From positions 1,120,001-1,184,000 of the forward strand of contig CAWFAK010000005.1 in assembly GCA_963813715.1 (NCBI GenBank): a stretch of DNA of 64,000 nucleotides, given 5' to 3'. Source of the stretch: an uncultured Planctomycetaceae bacterium. Its GTDB lineage: Bacteria > Planctomycetota > Planctomycetia > Planctomycetales > Planctomycetaceae. Under the pieces are notes generated by a model. The model had not been told where the DNA came from. It searched no databases and worked only from the letters and a program-made list of their open reading frames with translations. The position numbers and the translations under genes were made by a program. Numbering within the stretch: the first letter of the stretch is position 1; every line of letters begins with the position of its first letter. Shown here piece after piece: positions 35,877 to 47,410 of this stretch.

Positions 35877-38660
35877 CTACCAGCCCATCCAACCCAGGCA
35901 GCACGGGATCTCCGGGCTCGATGTGTAGATCCGGTCGGCCAGCGAGACCGGCTTGTGTTGCGAGCGGTCGTAGACCAGTTTGCCGTCGACGAGCACCGCG
36001 ACCACGTGCGTCGAGTACTCGAACGGATCGCCGTCGTAGAGCACCACGTCGCCGATCTTGCCCGGCTCGAGGCTGCCGTATTGCGAGTCGACTCCCAGGA
36101 TGCGGGCGGCATCCAGCGTGATCGACTTCAGGGCCGCGTCGCGTCCCAGGCCGTACACCATGGCCATGGCCGCTTCTTGCCGCACGACGCGCGTCTTGGG
36201 CACGTAGCCTTCGGCCCCGGCGCCGATCGCGATCGGAATGCCGGCGTCCGCCATGCTCGCCGCGTTGCCCAGATAGCTGTTGATCGTCTCGATCGACTCG
36301 GCATGCTGCATCGTCGGATGCACGATCAGCGGCACCTTGGCGGCCGCGATTTGGTCGGCGACGAGATAGGCCTCGGCACCCAGGGCCAGCTTGCCGTCGA
36401 GATGAAACTCGTTGATCAGCCGCAGCGCCGTCATCAGGTCGTCGGCCTTCTGAGCGGCAAACAGGGCCGAGACCTTGTGGTCGAGCACGGCCCGCAGCGA
36501 TTCCATCTTGAGGTTGGTATCGAGCGGCGGCTCGCCCGCCTTGGGCGACTCGCGCTTCCGCCGATAGTTGACCGCGTCGGTGAAGGCTTTGCGGACGATG
36601 GCGGCCGTGCCCATCCGCGTTCCCGGTTTTGCGCCGCGGTAGGCCCGCTTGGGCGCTTCGCCCAAGTTGAACAACAGCGACTCGGGGAATTTCACGGCCA
36701 TCGATTCGACGTTCGTGCCGTGCGTGCGGAAGACGCCTGTCACGCCGGCGATGACGTTTTCTCGCCCCGGGCAGACGTGCACCACGGTGACGCCTTGCTC
36801 GAGCAAGAAGCGCAGCAGCGGCTCAGCCGGATTGAACCCGTCGAGCACGCGCACCTCGGCCTGGTCCGGGATCCGACATCTCGTCGGCGTCCTGGTCGGC
36901 GGCAATGTTGTATTGTCCGGAAAGCGGCACGATGCTGTTGGCGTCGATCAGCCCGGGCGTGACCGACACGGCCGAGATCACCGGAAAGTCCGGCCGGAAT
37001 CTCCACGCCGGCCCGCGGTCCGACGGCGGCCACTTTGCCGTCTTTGATCACCACGACGGCGTCTTCGATCGGCTTCTTCGCGACCGTGATAGAGTCGGCC
37101 GGCCAGAATCACCGCGTTGTTTCCCGCCGCGCCCGGGCGCTGCGCCTTCTCCGGCACGGCCGGCGCTTTGACGGCGGGCAGCGCGTGCACCATCGGCTTG
37201 GGCGCGGGGAACTTGACGCGGTTGCCCAGCAAGAATCCGCCCACCTGGTAGCGGCGGTCCTTCTCGTCGGCCAACCGGAAGACGGGCTTGCCGTCGATGT
37301 ACGTTTCGAGCACGCGCGAATAGACGCTGAACGGTTCGCCGCTCAGGACCACGAAGTCGGCGTCTTTCCCTTTTTCGAGCGAGCCGATCTTGCTGTCGAG
37401 GTGCAGGGCCTGCGCGGGGGCGAGCGTCACCGATTGGAGGGCCAGCTCGGGCGACAGTCCGCCGCGCACCGGGATGGCGGCCGTCCGCAGCAGGAAGCGG
37501 CTTTCGGTCACCGGATCGTCGGTGTTGACGAGTACCTTGATGCCGGCCTTGGCCAGGTCGGCGCCGCAGTTCTCGGTCAGCTCGACGACCTCGGCCTTGC
37601 CGCCCGGGCTGTCGGGAATGGTCATCGAGACCGGCACGTTGTGTTTGGCGATCTCTTTGACGACTTTGTACGACTCGGTGCCGTGCTGGATCACCAGCTC
37701 GAAATTGAATTCGTCTTTCAGCCGCAGCACGGTGAGAATGTCGTCGGCCCGGTGCGTGTGGAAGTGGACCGTCCGCTTGTGCTGCAACACTTCGACCAGC
37801 GGCTCCATTGCGAGATCGACGTCCGGCGCGGAGGCCTTTTCGCCCGCGGCCAGCTTTTTGCGGTAGGCGTCCCACTTGGCCATATAGTTCTTGGCCGCCA
37901 GGAATTCGCCGCGCTGCAGGGCGGCGACTTTCATTCGCGTGCCGGGGGCCTTGGCCTTGCCGCCGTACGCCCGCTTGGGGTTTTCGCCGTTGGCCATCTT
38001 GAGTCCGCCGAGCACGTCCGGCGACTCGATCCACATCTGCTCGGGCGTGTACCCGCGGAGCTTGACGTAGATCGTCTGCCCGCCGATGACGTTGCCGCTG
38101 CCGGGCATGATGTTGGCGGCCGTCACGCCGCCGGCGTTGGCCATGCGGATCCCGGGATCGTAAGGGTTCACCGCGTCGAGCGCCCGGACGATGCCCTGAA
38201 CGGGTCCGGTCATCTCGTTGCCGTCGCTGTTGGCTTCGACGGCCGGTCGCGAATAGACCCCCAAGTGCGAGTGCGTATCGACGAGTCCCGGAATGATCAC
38301 CTTGCCGGCCACGTCGATGACTTGTGCGTGGGCGGGGACGGTCGTTTTGCCGACCGGGCCGACGTCGAGAATCTTGCCGTCGGAAACGACCAGGACGCCC
38401 GGGTCATAAATCGGCCCGGCCGCCGTCAGGATTCGGGCCCCCTTCAAGGCGAACACGGGAGCTGTCACTTCGGTCGCGCTTCCCGTGCTCGTCATCGGAG
38501 ATGTCGGGGTGGCCGGAGCCGCTTGCTTGCTGCGGTCCGCCTTTTTGCGCGCCTTCTTGCCCGCCGATTTGCTGCTGCTGGGCGGTCCGTCGTCGGCGGC
38601 GAAGGTGAAGGTGGTGGCCGCAAGGAGGGCGAGCAGCGACATCAACAACCGGCGGGACAT
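35877..38660 (-). CDS. Secreted amidohydrolase with two tandem amidohydrolase domains (frameshifts at 36870-37090)
   Basis: Domain 1: PGLVDTHSH, KMANGENPK, HTHRADD, GSLEKGKDAD. Domain 2: PGLIDANS, FNLGEAPK, GSLEPGKIGD. Confidence 0.85.
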
Positions 38661-38833
38661 ACCAGGCTCCAAACTGCGCGGGACAAAGAATCTGTGTAAT
38701 TCCCGAGTATGAGGCAGAAGACGCAGACTTTGCAACTCGATTCGCCCCCGTCCTTGAACTGGGTGCTTGAACCATTAGGATGAAACGCGCCTGTCGCCGC
38801 ATCGACCGATTCGCGCACCCGAGAGATGCCACC

Positions 38834-39886
38834 ATGCACATCCCCGCCCCTTCTGCCGGCCGTACACCCGTGTTCGCGCTCCTGCTTGCCGCCCTCGCCG
38901 CGCCGAGCGTCTTCGTCGCGCCGGCGCATGCCCAGGCGACGCGGAACTTCCCCGTGATCGGCACGATTCATCGGCTCGATCCGAAGCTCGATGAGCTGAT
39001 TCCCAAGGACGCCAAGATCGAGGTGCTTAGCAGCCGCTTCCAATGGGCGGAGGGACCCGTGTGGGACAAGGCGTCCGGCACCCTCTTCTTCTCCGACGTG
39101 ATCGCCAATCAGACCATGCATTGGAAGGAAGGCGAGGGGGTCAGCGTGTACCTGCGACCCTCGGGGTACACGGGGCCCATTCATCCGCGCTACAGCAAAG
39201 AGCCCGGCGCGAACGGCCTGATGATCGACCACGAAGGCCGGCTCATCTCGTGCGAGCACGGCGACCGCCGCCTCTCCATCCTCACCAAGGGGGGCGGCAA
39301 GCGGACGCTCGTCGACAACTACGAAGGCAAGCGATTCAACAGCCCCAACGACGGCTGCATCAAGTCCAACGGCGACATCTATTTCACCGATCCGCCGTAC
39401 GGTCTGCCGGAGCAAGAAGGCCCGCCGCGCGAGCTCGACTTTTGTGGCGTCTACCGGCTGGCGGCCGACGGCAAGCTGACGCTGCTGACCAAAGAGATGA
39501 CGCGTCCCAACGGCATCGCCTTCTCGCCCGACGAAAAGACCTTGTACGTCGCCCAGTCCGATCCGAAGGAGGCGATCTGGAAGTCGTTTCCCGTGCTCGC
39601 CGACGGCACGCTTGGCCCGGGCAAAGTCTTTTTCGACGTCACGTCGAGCGCCGGCAAAATGCCGGGGTTGCCGGACGGCATGAAGGTCGACAACCAGGGC
39701 CACCTGTTCGCCACGGGCCCCGGCGGCTGCTACGTCTTCACGCCCGAGGGGAAGGTGCTGGGCCGCATCGAAACGGGCGAAAAGACGGCTAACTGCGCCT
39801 GGGGCAACGACGGCACCGTCCTTTATCTGTGTGCCGACATGTACCTGTGCCGCGTGAAGACGACGACCAAGGGCGGCGGGTGGTAG
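38834..39886 (+). CDS. SMP-30/gluconolactonase family protein
   Basis: WAEGPVW, GANGL, FNSPND, YFTDPPYG, PNGIAFSPDE, PDGMKVD. Confidence 0.93.
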   Translation: MHIPAPSAGRTPVFALLLAALAAPSVFVAPAHAQATRNFPVIGTIHRLDPKLDELIPKDAKIEVLSSRFQWAEGPVWDKASGTLFFSDVIANQTMHWKEGEGVSVYLRPSGYTGPIHPRYSKEPGANGLMIDHEGRLISCEHGDRRLSILTKGGGKRTLVDNYEGKRFNSPNDGCIKSNGDIYFTDPPYGLPEQEGPPRELDFCGVYRLAADGKLTLLTKEMTRPNGIAFSPDEKTLYVAQSDPKEAIWKSFPVLADGTLGPGKVFFDVTSSAGKMPGLPDGMKVDNQGHLFATGPGGCYVFTPEGKVLGRIETGEKTANCAWGNDGTVLYLCADMYLCRVKTTTKGGGW

Positions 39887-39899
39887 CGGGGAGCTGACG

Positions 39900-40214
39900 T
39901 TGCGCAGTCTGTCCGTCCGTGTGGTGCCCATCAATCGCCCAGAAGTCGCTCCGTTCGCGATGCCGGACCGCTTTCGGCACGACATCACTTATTTTGTGAC
40001 GTCGCCGGGCGAGAGCGGGGCGCCGGCTTCGCTCGGGGAGAATGAGTGGTGGGTGCGGCTGGCCGATGCGCGGGAGTTCTATGACGAGGGCATTCTGCGG
40101 ATTGTGTCGCCGCTCGACAGCCAGTCGACCGCCGAGCTGGAAATCACGGAAGAGCAGGAAGCGTGGCTGCGGTGGATGATCGATAACCAGATCGAGCACA
40201 TCAGGCTGGCATGA
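39900..40214 (+). CDS. Hypothetical protein
   Basis: Coding-like ORF with ATGA overlap into the HAD gene. Confidence 0.6.
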   Translation: MRSLSVRVVPINRPEVAPFAMPDRFRHDITYFVTSPGESGAPASLGENEWWVRLADAREFYDEGILRIVSPLDSQSTAELEITEEQEAWLRWMIDNQIEHIRLA

Positions 40215-41029
40215 TCGATTGGGTGTTTTTGGACGTCGGCAACGTCCTCTTCAACGACGATCCGCAGAACTTCGAAGGCTATCGGCTGCTCTTCGACACG
40301 CTGCGGATCCGCCATCCCAGCTATTCGTTCGACGAAATGATGGCCGAACGGGAACAGCGGGCTCGCGTGGGCGAGAATTTCATCCTGCACACGATCGCCA
40401 AGCGGATGCTGCCGGAGGACGAGGCGAAATTGAGCCTCCGCAACATTCGCCAGCTGTTGATCGAAACTTACGACCGGCACAACGTGTGGGACGAGCAGCA
40501 TCGCGGCGTGCTCGAACAGCTCCGCGCCCGCTGGCGGCTGGGCATTATCGCCAACCAGCCGGCCGAATGCCGCAACAGCCTGGTCCGCCGTGGGCTGCTC
40601 GAATTCTTCGACGTCGTGGCGATCAGCGACGAACGGCATCTGCACAAGCCCGACCTCGCCCTCTTTGCCTGGGCTCTCGAGGAAGCGGGTTGCGATCCGG
40701 CGCACAGCGTGATGATCGGCGACCGCCGCGACAACGACATCGATCCGGCGAACCGCTCGTCGATGCGCACGATTCTGTACCGCTGGCCCGACTGCCGCAG
40801 CAAAGGGTGGAACCCGGACAGTCCGCTGGCCCAGGCGTTTCTCGATTCGTGCGACCGCGTGGCCCTGTTTTCGGCCGTTCCGCGTCGGAGCCGAGCCCGA
40901 CCGCACGATCGCCGCGCTGGCCGAAGCGCCCTCCGCGGTGGCCGCACTCGACGGTCGGGACTGACTGCGGCGGCTCTGATACAATCCCGTCGCTCGTGTG
41001 ACAGAATGCCGCCTGGAATATCTGAATGA
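40211..41029 (+). CDS. HAD-superfamily hydrolase (C-terminus probably frameshifted)
   Basis: FLDVGNV, IANQ, KPD, MIGDRRDNDI. Confidence 0.88.
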   Translation: MIDWVFLDVGNVLFNDDPQNFEGYRLLFDTLRIRHPSYSFDEMMAEREQRARVGENFILHTIAKRMLPEDEAKLSLRNIRQLLIETYDRHNVWDEQHRGVLEQLRARWRLGIIANQPAECRNSLVRRGLLEFFDVVAISDERHLHKPDLALFAWALEEAGCDPAHSVMIGDRRDNDIDPANRSSMRTILYRWPDCRSKGWNPDSPLAQAFLDSCDRVALFSAVPRRSRARPHDRRAGRSALRGGRTRRSGLTAAALIQSRRSCDRMPPGISE

Positions 41030-41141
41030 CGAAGCACGAATGACGAAAGAAGCCCTAAGCACGAAACCCGAAGTGAAAGCTATCTGCATTCGGGCTTAGG
41101 TTATTCGATCATTCTTTCGTCATTCGTGCTTCGTCATTCAG
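41022..41141. repeat. 120-bp palindromic element with perfect 30-bp inverted ends built of heptamers
   Basis: ctgaatgacgaagcacgaatgacgaaagaa (41022-41051) is the exact reverse complement of 41112-41141. Confidence 0.85.
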
Positions 41142-41183
41142 GCTTCCCAATTTCGGCTGGGCTCCGGGACGACTCACACCACC

Positions 41184-41958
41184 ATGTTTCCGTTCTTCGG
41201 ACTGCATCAATTGCTGAACTGGGAGACCTCGGGGCCGTTCGGGCTCTTTGTCACCGGTCTGACGGTCTGGATGCTGATCGAGTGCCTCCGCCGCGATCCC
41301 GAGCGGCAGATGTGGTGGTGGATCATCATGTTTCTGCCGGGGATCGGTCCGCTCGTTTATTTCTTTGTCCGCTGGCTGCCGACGCACAACGTGCCCGCGC
41401 CGCGGTGGGTCGCCGGACTGCGGCGCGGGACGGAAATCCGTCGACTCGAGTCGTCGGCCCGCCAGATCGGCAACGCCTACCACTTCGTGCACCTGGCCGA
41501 CGCCCTGCGGGAGACGGGCCAATTCGACCGGGCCGCCGACGCCTACGCGCGGGCCATCGAAAAGGAGCCGGCCAACCTGGCCGCGCTCTGGGGCGCGGTG
41601 CAGGTCGACATGCACTTCAAGGATTACGACACGGCGCGCGCAGCGGCTGGAGCAGGTGCTCAAGATCGATCCGCAATATAAATTCGGCGACGTCTCGCTG
41701 CTGTACGCCAAAGCGCTGCTGGAGCTGGACCGCGTCGAAGAGGCAACCGCCCATCTGCAGAAGCACATCCGCCGCTGGCGTCACCCCGAGGGGCTCTACC
41801 TCCTGGCGTGGCTCGACTCACAAGCGGGCCGCACCCAAGACGCCCGCGACAACCTGCAAGCCATGCTGATGGAAATCGAATCGAGCCCGCCCCCCATCGC
41901 CCGCAAGCAAGGCTCGTGGCGCCGCCGCGGGCTGGCGCTCCTGCGAAAGATCGGCTAG
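41184..41958 (+). CDS. Membrane-anchored TPR protein (frameshift near 41640)
   Basis: N-terminal WWWIIMFLPGIGPLVYFF (PLDc_N-like) followed by TPR helices. Confidence 0.8.
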
Positions 41959-42023
41959 GGCGGAAGAGCTTGTTTGTCATAATAGTCAGGCCAGCCACGC
42001 CATTTGCGGTATGGAAATTCAGG

Positions 42024-43029
42024 ATGGCCGAAAGCTCATACCCTAAGCCGGTCGCCAACGTCGTTGCCACGCTGACGGAAATCTGCCGGCATCAGAAAGA
42101 AACGCAGCTGGTTGAACTACTTGAGATTCCCATTCGCGTTTCGATGAAACTGGGTATGACAATTGGAACGGCGGTACGACAACCTGGCGCTACGCCTCGA
42201 AGTACCGACCGCCATGTTTGCGTCGGTTCAACCCCGCCTTTCGGATGTCGAGAAAAGCCTTCTGCAGAAGCTCGATTTCTTAGACAGGCTGCACCCAAAT
42301 GACCCGATCGGTGAAGTTGCAATTTCTCCCATTAGTGCCTTGAGACAGCCCTTGGCCAGCGCATGGCACCGTCCGATGTCGACGTACATCGGCTGTGGAA
42401 GGATGGTCATCTCCGCCTCTTCTTGAGCCACATTTCTCGGTACAAGATTGAAGCGTCCGCCCTCAAAGATACACTCGCGAAACTAGGCATTGCCGGCTTC
42501 GTCGCACACCAAGACATTGAGCCCAGTCTCGAATGGCAAAATGAAATCGCGTTAGCCCTAAGATCGATGCATGCACTGGCTGCACTATTGACCCCAGATT
42601 TCCACCGCAGCAACTGGACCGATCAAGAAGTGGGATGGGCCCTCGGTCGAGACATTTCCGTGTTACCGGTGCGATTGGGCACCGACCCATACGGTTTTAC
42701 TGCGAAGATACAGGCAATCTCGGGGTCGCTCGACGACCCGGTGGCACTCTCAGAGCGCGTCATGCAAGCGTTGCTTCTCAATCGACAGACGCGCGGGCAC
42801 ATGCGGCGTGCGCTTGTCGGAAGATTTGAGCAATCGGATTCCTTTGCCGAAGCCAAGCGACTGAAGCAAATTGTCGTAGCAATTAATGATTTCAGTGAGG
42901 AAGAAAAGGATCGCCTTCGGAAGGCCTGCGTAGAGAACGATCAAGACGCGGAATCGGGGAGTGGCGGACGCCATCTACGAGGCATTTGGAAGGCCAAGAG
43001 AAATGCCTCATGACGACGTTCCCTTCTGA
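42024..43029 (+). CDS. TIR-domain protein with N-terminal YDNWNGG domain (several frameshifts)
   Basis: LRLFLSH, FVAHQDIEPSLEWQNEI, LLTPDFHRSNWTDQEVGWALG (TIR catalytic Glu), LPVRLG; ends HDDVPF-stop. Confidence 0.85.
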
Positions 43030-43355
43030 TCTCGCTGGCGTTTGAACCGACTCTGCCAGAACACTGCGGAACTCTCGCCAGATGAAATGCCGTGGCACTG
43101 GCCAACCCCTCACGGCTTTTCGCTTCGTATCCAGTCCGCTCCGGCATCGACATCGCTGCACTGTACTTCACCGAGCCTGACCTCACCGCAAATCGATTTT
43201 TTTGTGGCTTTCTCTCGTCGCGATGTGGTCTTATTGCGATTAGGGCCACTTAGACCCAGCTCCCTTTCCCTCGATGGGCCCAAAAGTTAACTCGATCAGG
43301 TCTTCCTCAACCATCTCGGAAGCCCGTCAATGAGAACGATACTGGTGAGGAAAAC

Positions 43356-44896
43356 ATGGCTAGGAAAGGTGGACCCACCGCTAAGCTGAACGTGATCCTG
43401 CTGAAAACCTCGGTCAAGAAATTCGTCGAAGTGCTCAAAACGGATCACGGTCTATCGCCAATTAAACTCAGTAAGGCGATCGGCGATTCCTCGGCGCTCT
43501 ATGTCAAGAGGCCTCAAAACGACCCACCGGCGTGGCAGAAGTTCTTGCGCTGGTGACGGACGAGCCACTGAAACTCGGCAATGCATCGAGTTCGGCGGTT
43601 CTTTTTGTAGAGGCTGAAGGCCGGCGACTGGCGTTTTGTTTTGGTCACGGCCGTAGCGAGCTCTCGCCGGACGTCATCGAAGGTGGCTTCGGGCTAAAAG
43701 TTGCCCTCAACCGCGTTGATCCAACCAAGCTGCGGAGTGTCGACGCACGCACGATTGAAAATGGCGTCACGACGAAGCGACTCCGAACGAGTCGCGACGC
43801 TGAACTGTCATCGTTTAGGTTAGACATCGCCCGCGACCTGCTTCGGAAGCTTGTCGGCCAGCCAGATGATCCATCCTTTGCGACGAAAGTCGTCGGGTCA
43901 GACGCATTGACAATCCACGCGCGGCATGATCACGGCTGGCGGTCTCGGTGCAAAGGGCAAGCAGATTCTCGCAGCATACAAGGATACTAAATACAAAAAG
44001 CACTTTGACTGGGTCGTCGTCTGGCGGCGGTCACCGATCCGGGACTCAAGGCAGAACTTGATGCAAAACTGGCACGCTCTCTATCGAAGCGGCACCTAGA
44101 CAACATGCACGTGGCGGAATTAGATCGCCGATTGGAATCTGGCAAGGTCACGGAAAGCAGGGAACAGATTTCCCCACCTTGCCCTAGAATTAGCTTGAGG
44201 TATTGGCGATGCTTCGCGATCACGGCAAAAGCTTAGGTCATACCAAGTAAGAGCGCAATTCGCCGGAACCGAAAGTTTTTTGCGCAGGGATCGATTTACT
44301 CGTCGCTTGTCTGGGAGACCAGGCACAAATCCCAGCTCTACGCCTTGGTTGATGGCAACTGGTACGCGGTCGAGGCCAAGTATTCGGAAAAGGTGTCCAA
44401 GTTTGTTCAAGCCATCCCGTGCGTAGCCGGTCTCTCACTTCCAGACTCAAAGGCAGGCGAGAAGGAAGGTGACTATAACAGTCGCGTTGCAAAGGCTTCT
44501 TCCGATTTGTTCTTGCTTGATCGACGGTGCGTCACGCCAGATGGCAGTGCAACGGAAATCGAATTCCGTGACCTCCTTCCGACCACAAGCACCTGATCTG
44601 ACGGACGGTCAGTCGTGGACCGTGATGTTGGTCCGTTACTGGTCAGGCCCCGTGGGCTCAGTTGCGTCCAGACCAATACGGAGCGACCCGGAATTATTCC
44701 GCAGGGTCACGGTCGAGCTATGGCAGACCCTCTGCTGGACCGGGCAATGTCGACCTCTACGCCATCGTTGCCAAGCCGAACCCCAAATGGCCGTTGTCTC
44801 TTCCATTTTTCAGCCAAGTCAACTTGATGCACAGTTGTAGGCTTCTCGACGGGCTCGGCTTCAGGTATGGCGCTTGCGCTCATCAAAGAGGTATAG
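43356..44896 (+). pseudogene. TIGR04141/DUF6119-like protein, heavily frameshifted (decay or assembly error)
   Basis: SSAVLFV..RLAFCFGHGR, FGLKVALN..LRSVDAR, DGNWYAV, KEGDYN, IEFRDL..KHLI, YAIV..LPFFSQVNL, found in successive frames. Confidence 0.75.
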
Positions 44897-44974
44897 TCGG
44901 TGCCGGGCGCATGGGCCAACTTGCGCAGAAACAGTCGTGTGCACTCGACACAGCAAAGGTTCCGCGAATTTCCG

Positions 44975-45503
44975 ATGAGCACGAACATAGTCATCGTTGG
45001 GCCATTTAAGGTCCCCTTCCGCCACGCGACGGTCGGACTTGCCAAACACGTCGGCACTGGGGAGGCCAAGGAATTCTGGAAACAACCGGATTCCGAAGAG
45101 AATTTCTAAGAAGCAAGGATGCTATGTCTTTGCAATGCGTGCCTCGAAGGGATTCAAACGTGGTACGTCGGATACGAACAAGTTCTCTGGAATGGAGCGC
45201 TGCGAGCATCACAAGCTGAACGAAGCAACGAGGTTCTGTTCCAAGGCCCAAGGGAACTCCGGTGATGTTTTTCGCGGTCCTTCCCGGCAAAAGAGTGAAA
45301 ATCGCCAAGGGTGTGATTGCAGACGTGGAGAAGTTCCTGATCCAGTCGGCAGTTTACCGAAATCCCGATCTCAAGAACGTGCAGATGGCCAAGGTTCCAG
45401 AATGGACGATTCAGGGAGTGGTGCGGAGTCAAAAGGGCAGCCACCCAAAGTGGCGGTGCGATTTCGAAAAATGATGGGGCTTGAATTACCGCGGCGGCGG
45501 TAG
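44975..45503 (+). CDS. Small GIY-YIG-like nuclease (frameshifted)
   Basis: Reconstruction: QGCYVFAMRASKG..WYVG...VEKFLIQSAVYRNPDLKN, giving GxY / YVG / E / PxxN. Confidence 0.6.
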
Positions 45504-45641
45504 ATGGTCCGGTTGCCGCGGAAGTTGGGCTAGCTGTTCGCCCGGAGGGCGGCAGTCGAAGGGTCTCGCTTGCTGCCAATCTCAATTGCATGCAAGCCGC
45601 GTCGATATTGGGGTAGGACAGTGGCTGCGAGGGGAAGCGGC

Positions 45642-47369
45642 TTAGCGGTTCGCGTTGTACAGCGAGCCCATCAGTTGTCGCAGCTTGTCTTCCGGATAGA
45701 GGCTGAAGGCGAATTCGCGATCGTGTAACAGCGAGTGGGTCGCCAGGCGGCGACGGATTTGTGACAGCTCGTCGGACGCGTCGGCCGTTAACGAGGCGGC
45801 CTTCTCCGCCAGGCGGTGGTTGATGTCCTGCATTTGGCGGAACCGCTCGAAGTTGCCGGCCGGCTGGCGGAACGGGCGCGCGTGACTCGCCTGGTCGTTC
45901 TTCGGAGTGGCGGAGCTGGCGGCCATCGCGGACAACAGGGCCGACTTCTGGGCGATGAGTTCGCGCGTTTCGGCGTCGCCGGTGGTCGCCAGATGTCGAT
46001 CGGCGTTCCAGCGCAATTCGCGGAGCAGTCGCACGCGGCGGGTTTCGTCCTCGGTGGACACGGAGCCCTTCTCGGTCAGCGGCAAGTACAGGCTGGCGGT
46101 CAGCGTGAGGAAACCGGGAGGCGTCACGCCGAGGAACCGGCACATGATGCGGTCGGTCATCTCGTCGTACTTCGCCCCGCCGATGCCGTGCACGAACAGA
46201 TCGGCCAGGCAGAGTCGCGAGAAGAGGGTCGTGGTGAGGGCGCGGGCGCGGAAGCGAATTCCCTGTTCGGGCAGCTTGCGGAGCACTTCGACGGCACAAC
46301 ACGCATCGCAGCCGGGAGAGAGCCGCAAGCGGGCGAACTCGGCCTTGCCGTCAGAGAGCACGATCTCGCGCCCCTCCTGCCCGGCAAAGACCCGCGAGCG
46401 GACCGAATCGCCTTTTCGCCAAACCCAGAACGGCGCTTCGTAACAGTCGCCCTTGCTCTTCAGCTCTGGGACCGGATGAGTCTTGCTGCGAATGTGGTTC
46501 ACCTGGCGGAATTCGGCCAGGACCTCGTTGTGCACGGCGACGAAGCGAGGCAGGTGAGCCAGGATGTGGCCGGCGAACCAGAGGAATGGATCGAGCTCGC
46601 ACATGCGGCTGATCGGCAACTCGAGATTCGTGACGCCCCACCGCCGCTCGAGCCGCAGCCGCGAGGCGATCAGACAGTCTTTGAGCAACGGAGACTTCTG
46701 CGAGGCGCGCACGGCGTACGGCCATTGCTCGCGGAGCAGAGGATCGACCTGCCACTCGGCCATCTTGTCGCAGACCCGCTCGCCGAAGCTCTCGAACAGC
46801 GGGCGGTCGAGGATGGCGTTTTCTTCCCACGGTCCGCGCGGGCGGTCGGTGTCGAACGGCACGCGCTCGATCCGCGGCTCAGCTTGGCCCGATTGGACGG
46901 GCACGCGGATCGAATTAGCCGACATGAGATCGGTGTCGACCGACAGATTGAGCGACATGCCGCCGGTGCGCGTCGCCATTTCGTGGACGGCGAAGTTCTT
47001 CGCCCAGACGCCCGGGTGATAGAGCGCCGGCTGGTGCCCGGCCACAAACAACAGGTCAATGGTCGAGGCGGCCGTCAGATCGGGCTCGCCGGCGCCGTCG
47101 GCCGAGGCCGTGGCGTTGAGCAGCTCAGCCGTGTAGTCGCGGGCCGCGCTCAGCACTTCCTCGCGGGTCCAGGCCCGCATCTGCGCCAGCGTTCGCCCCT
47201 GCAGGTTGAAGTCGCCCGCGAGCGCCGCGTGGTTGTGCTTGGCGACGTCGAGCGCAGCAGGCAGCGGCGGATCGGCCAATACGGCGAAGTCCTGCCGGGG
47301 CGTGCGGAGCGACCGGCCATGCCAGGACGGTTCGCTCACATTGCAGGGTATGGGAGGAATGGCAGGCAC
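45642..47369 (-). CDS. Conserved hypothetical protein, distant BshC-like
   Basis: AGHQPALYHPGVWAK, VDTD, FVHGIGGAKYD, coiled coil and HDRE, in the order of BshC motifs. Confidence 0.6.
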   Translation of the reverse strand: MPAIPPIPCNVSEPSWHGRSLRTPRQDFAVLADPPLPAALDVAKHNHAALAGDFNLQGRTLAQMRAWTREEVLSAARDYTAELLNATASADGAGEPDLTAASTIDLLFVAGHQPALYHPGVWAKNFAVHEMATRTGGMSLNLSVDTDLMSANSIRVPVQSGQAEPRIERVPFDTDRPRGPWEENAILDRPLFESFGERVCDKMAEWQVDPLLREQWPYAVRASQKSPLLKDCLIASRLRLERRWGVTNLELPISRMCELDPFLWFAGHILAHLPRFVAVHNEVLAEFRQVNHIRSKTHPVPELKSKGDCYEAPFWVWRKGDSVRSRVFAGQEGREIVLSDGKAEFARLRLSPGCDACCAVEVLRKLPEQGIRFRARALTTTLFSRLCLADLFVHGIGGAKYDEMTDRIMCRFLGVTPPGFLTLTASLYLPLTEKGSVSTEDETRRVRLLRELRWNADRHLATTGDAETRELIAQKSALLSAMAASSATPKNDQASHARPFRQPAGNFERFRQMQDINHRLAEKAASLTADASDELSQIRRRLATHSLLHDREFAFSLYPEDKLRQLMGSLYNANR

Positions 47370-47410
47370 GAGTTCGGAGGGGGCACAGTGTGACGTGGCT
47401 AGGCTCGCTA

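Noticed and set aside
42024..45503. Canonical Thoeris, CBASS or Pycsar system
   Set aside because: No SIR2/Macro/SLOG effector, CD-NTase or cyclase is visible next to the TIR gene.
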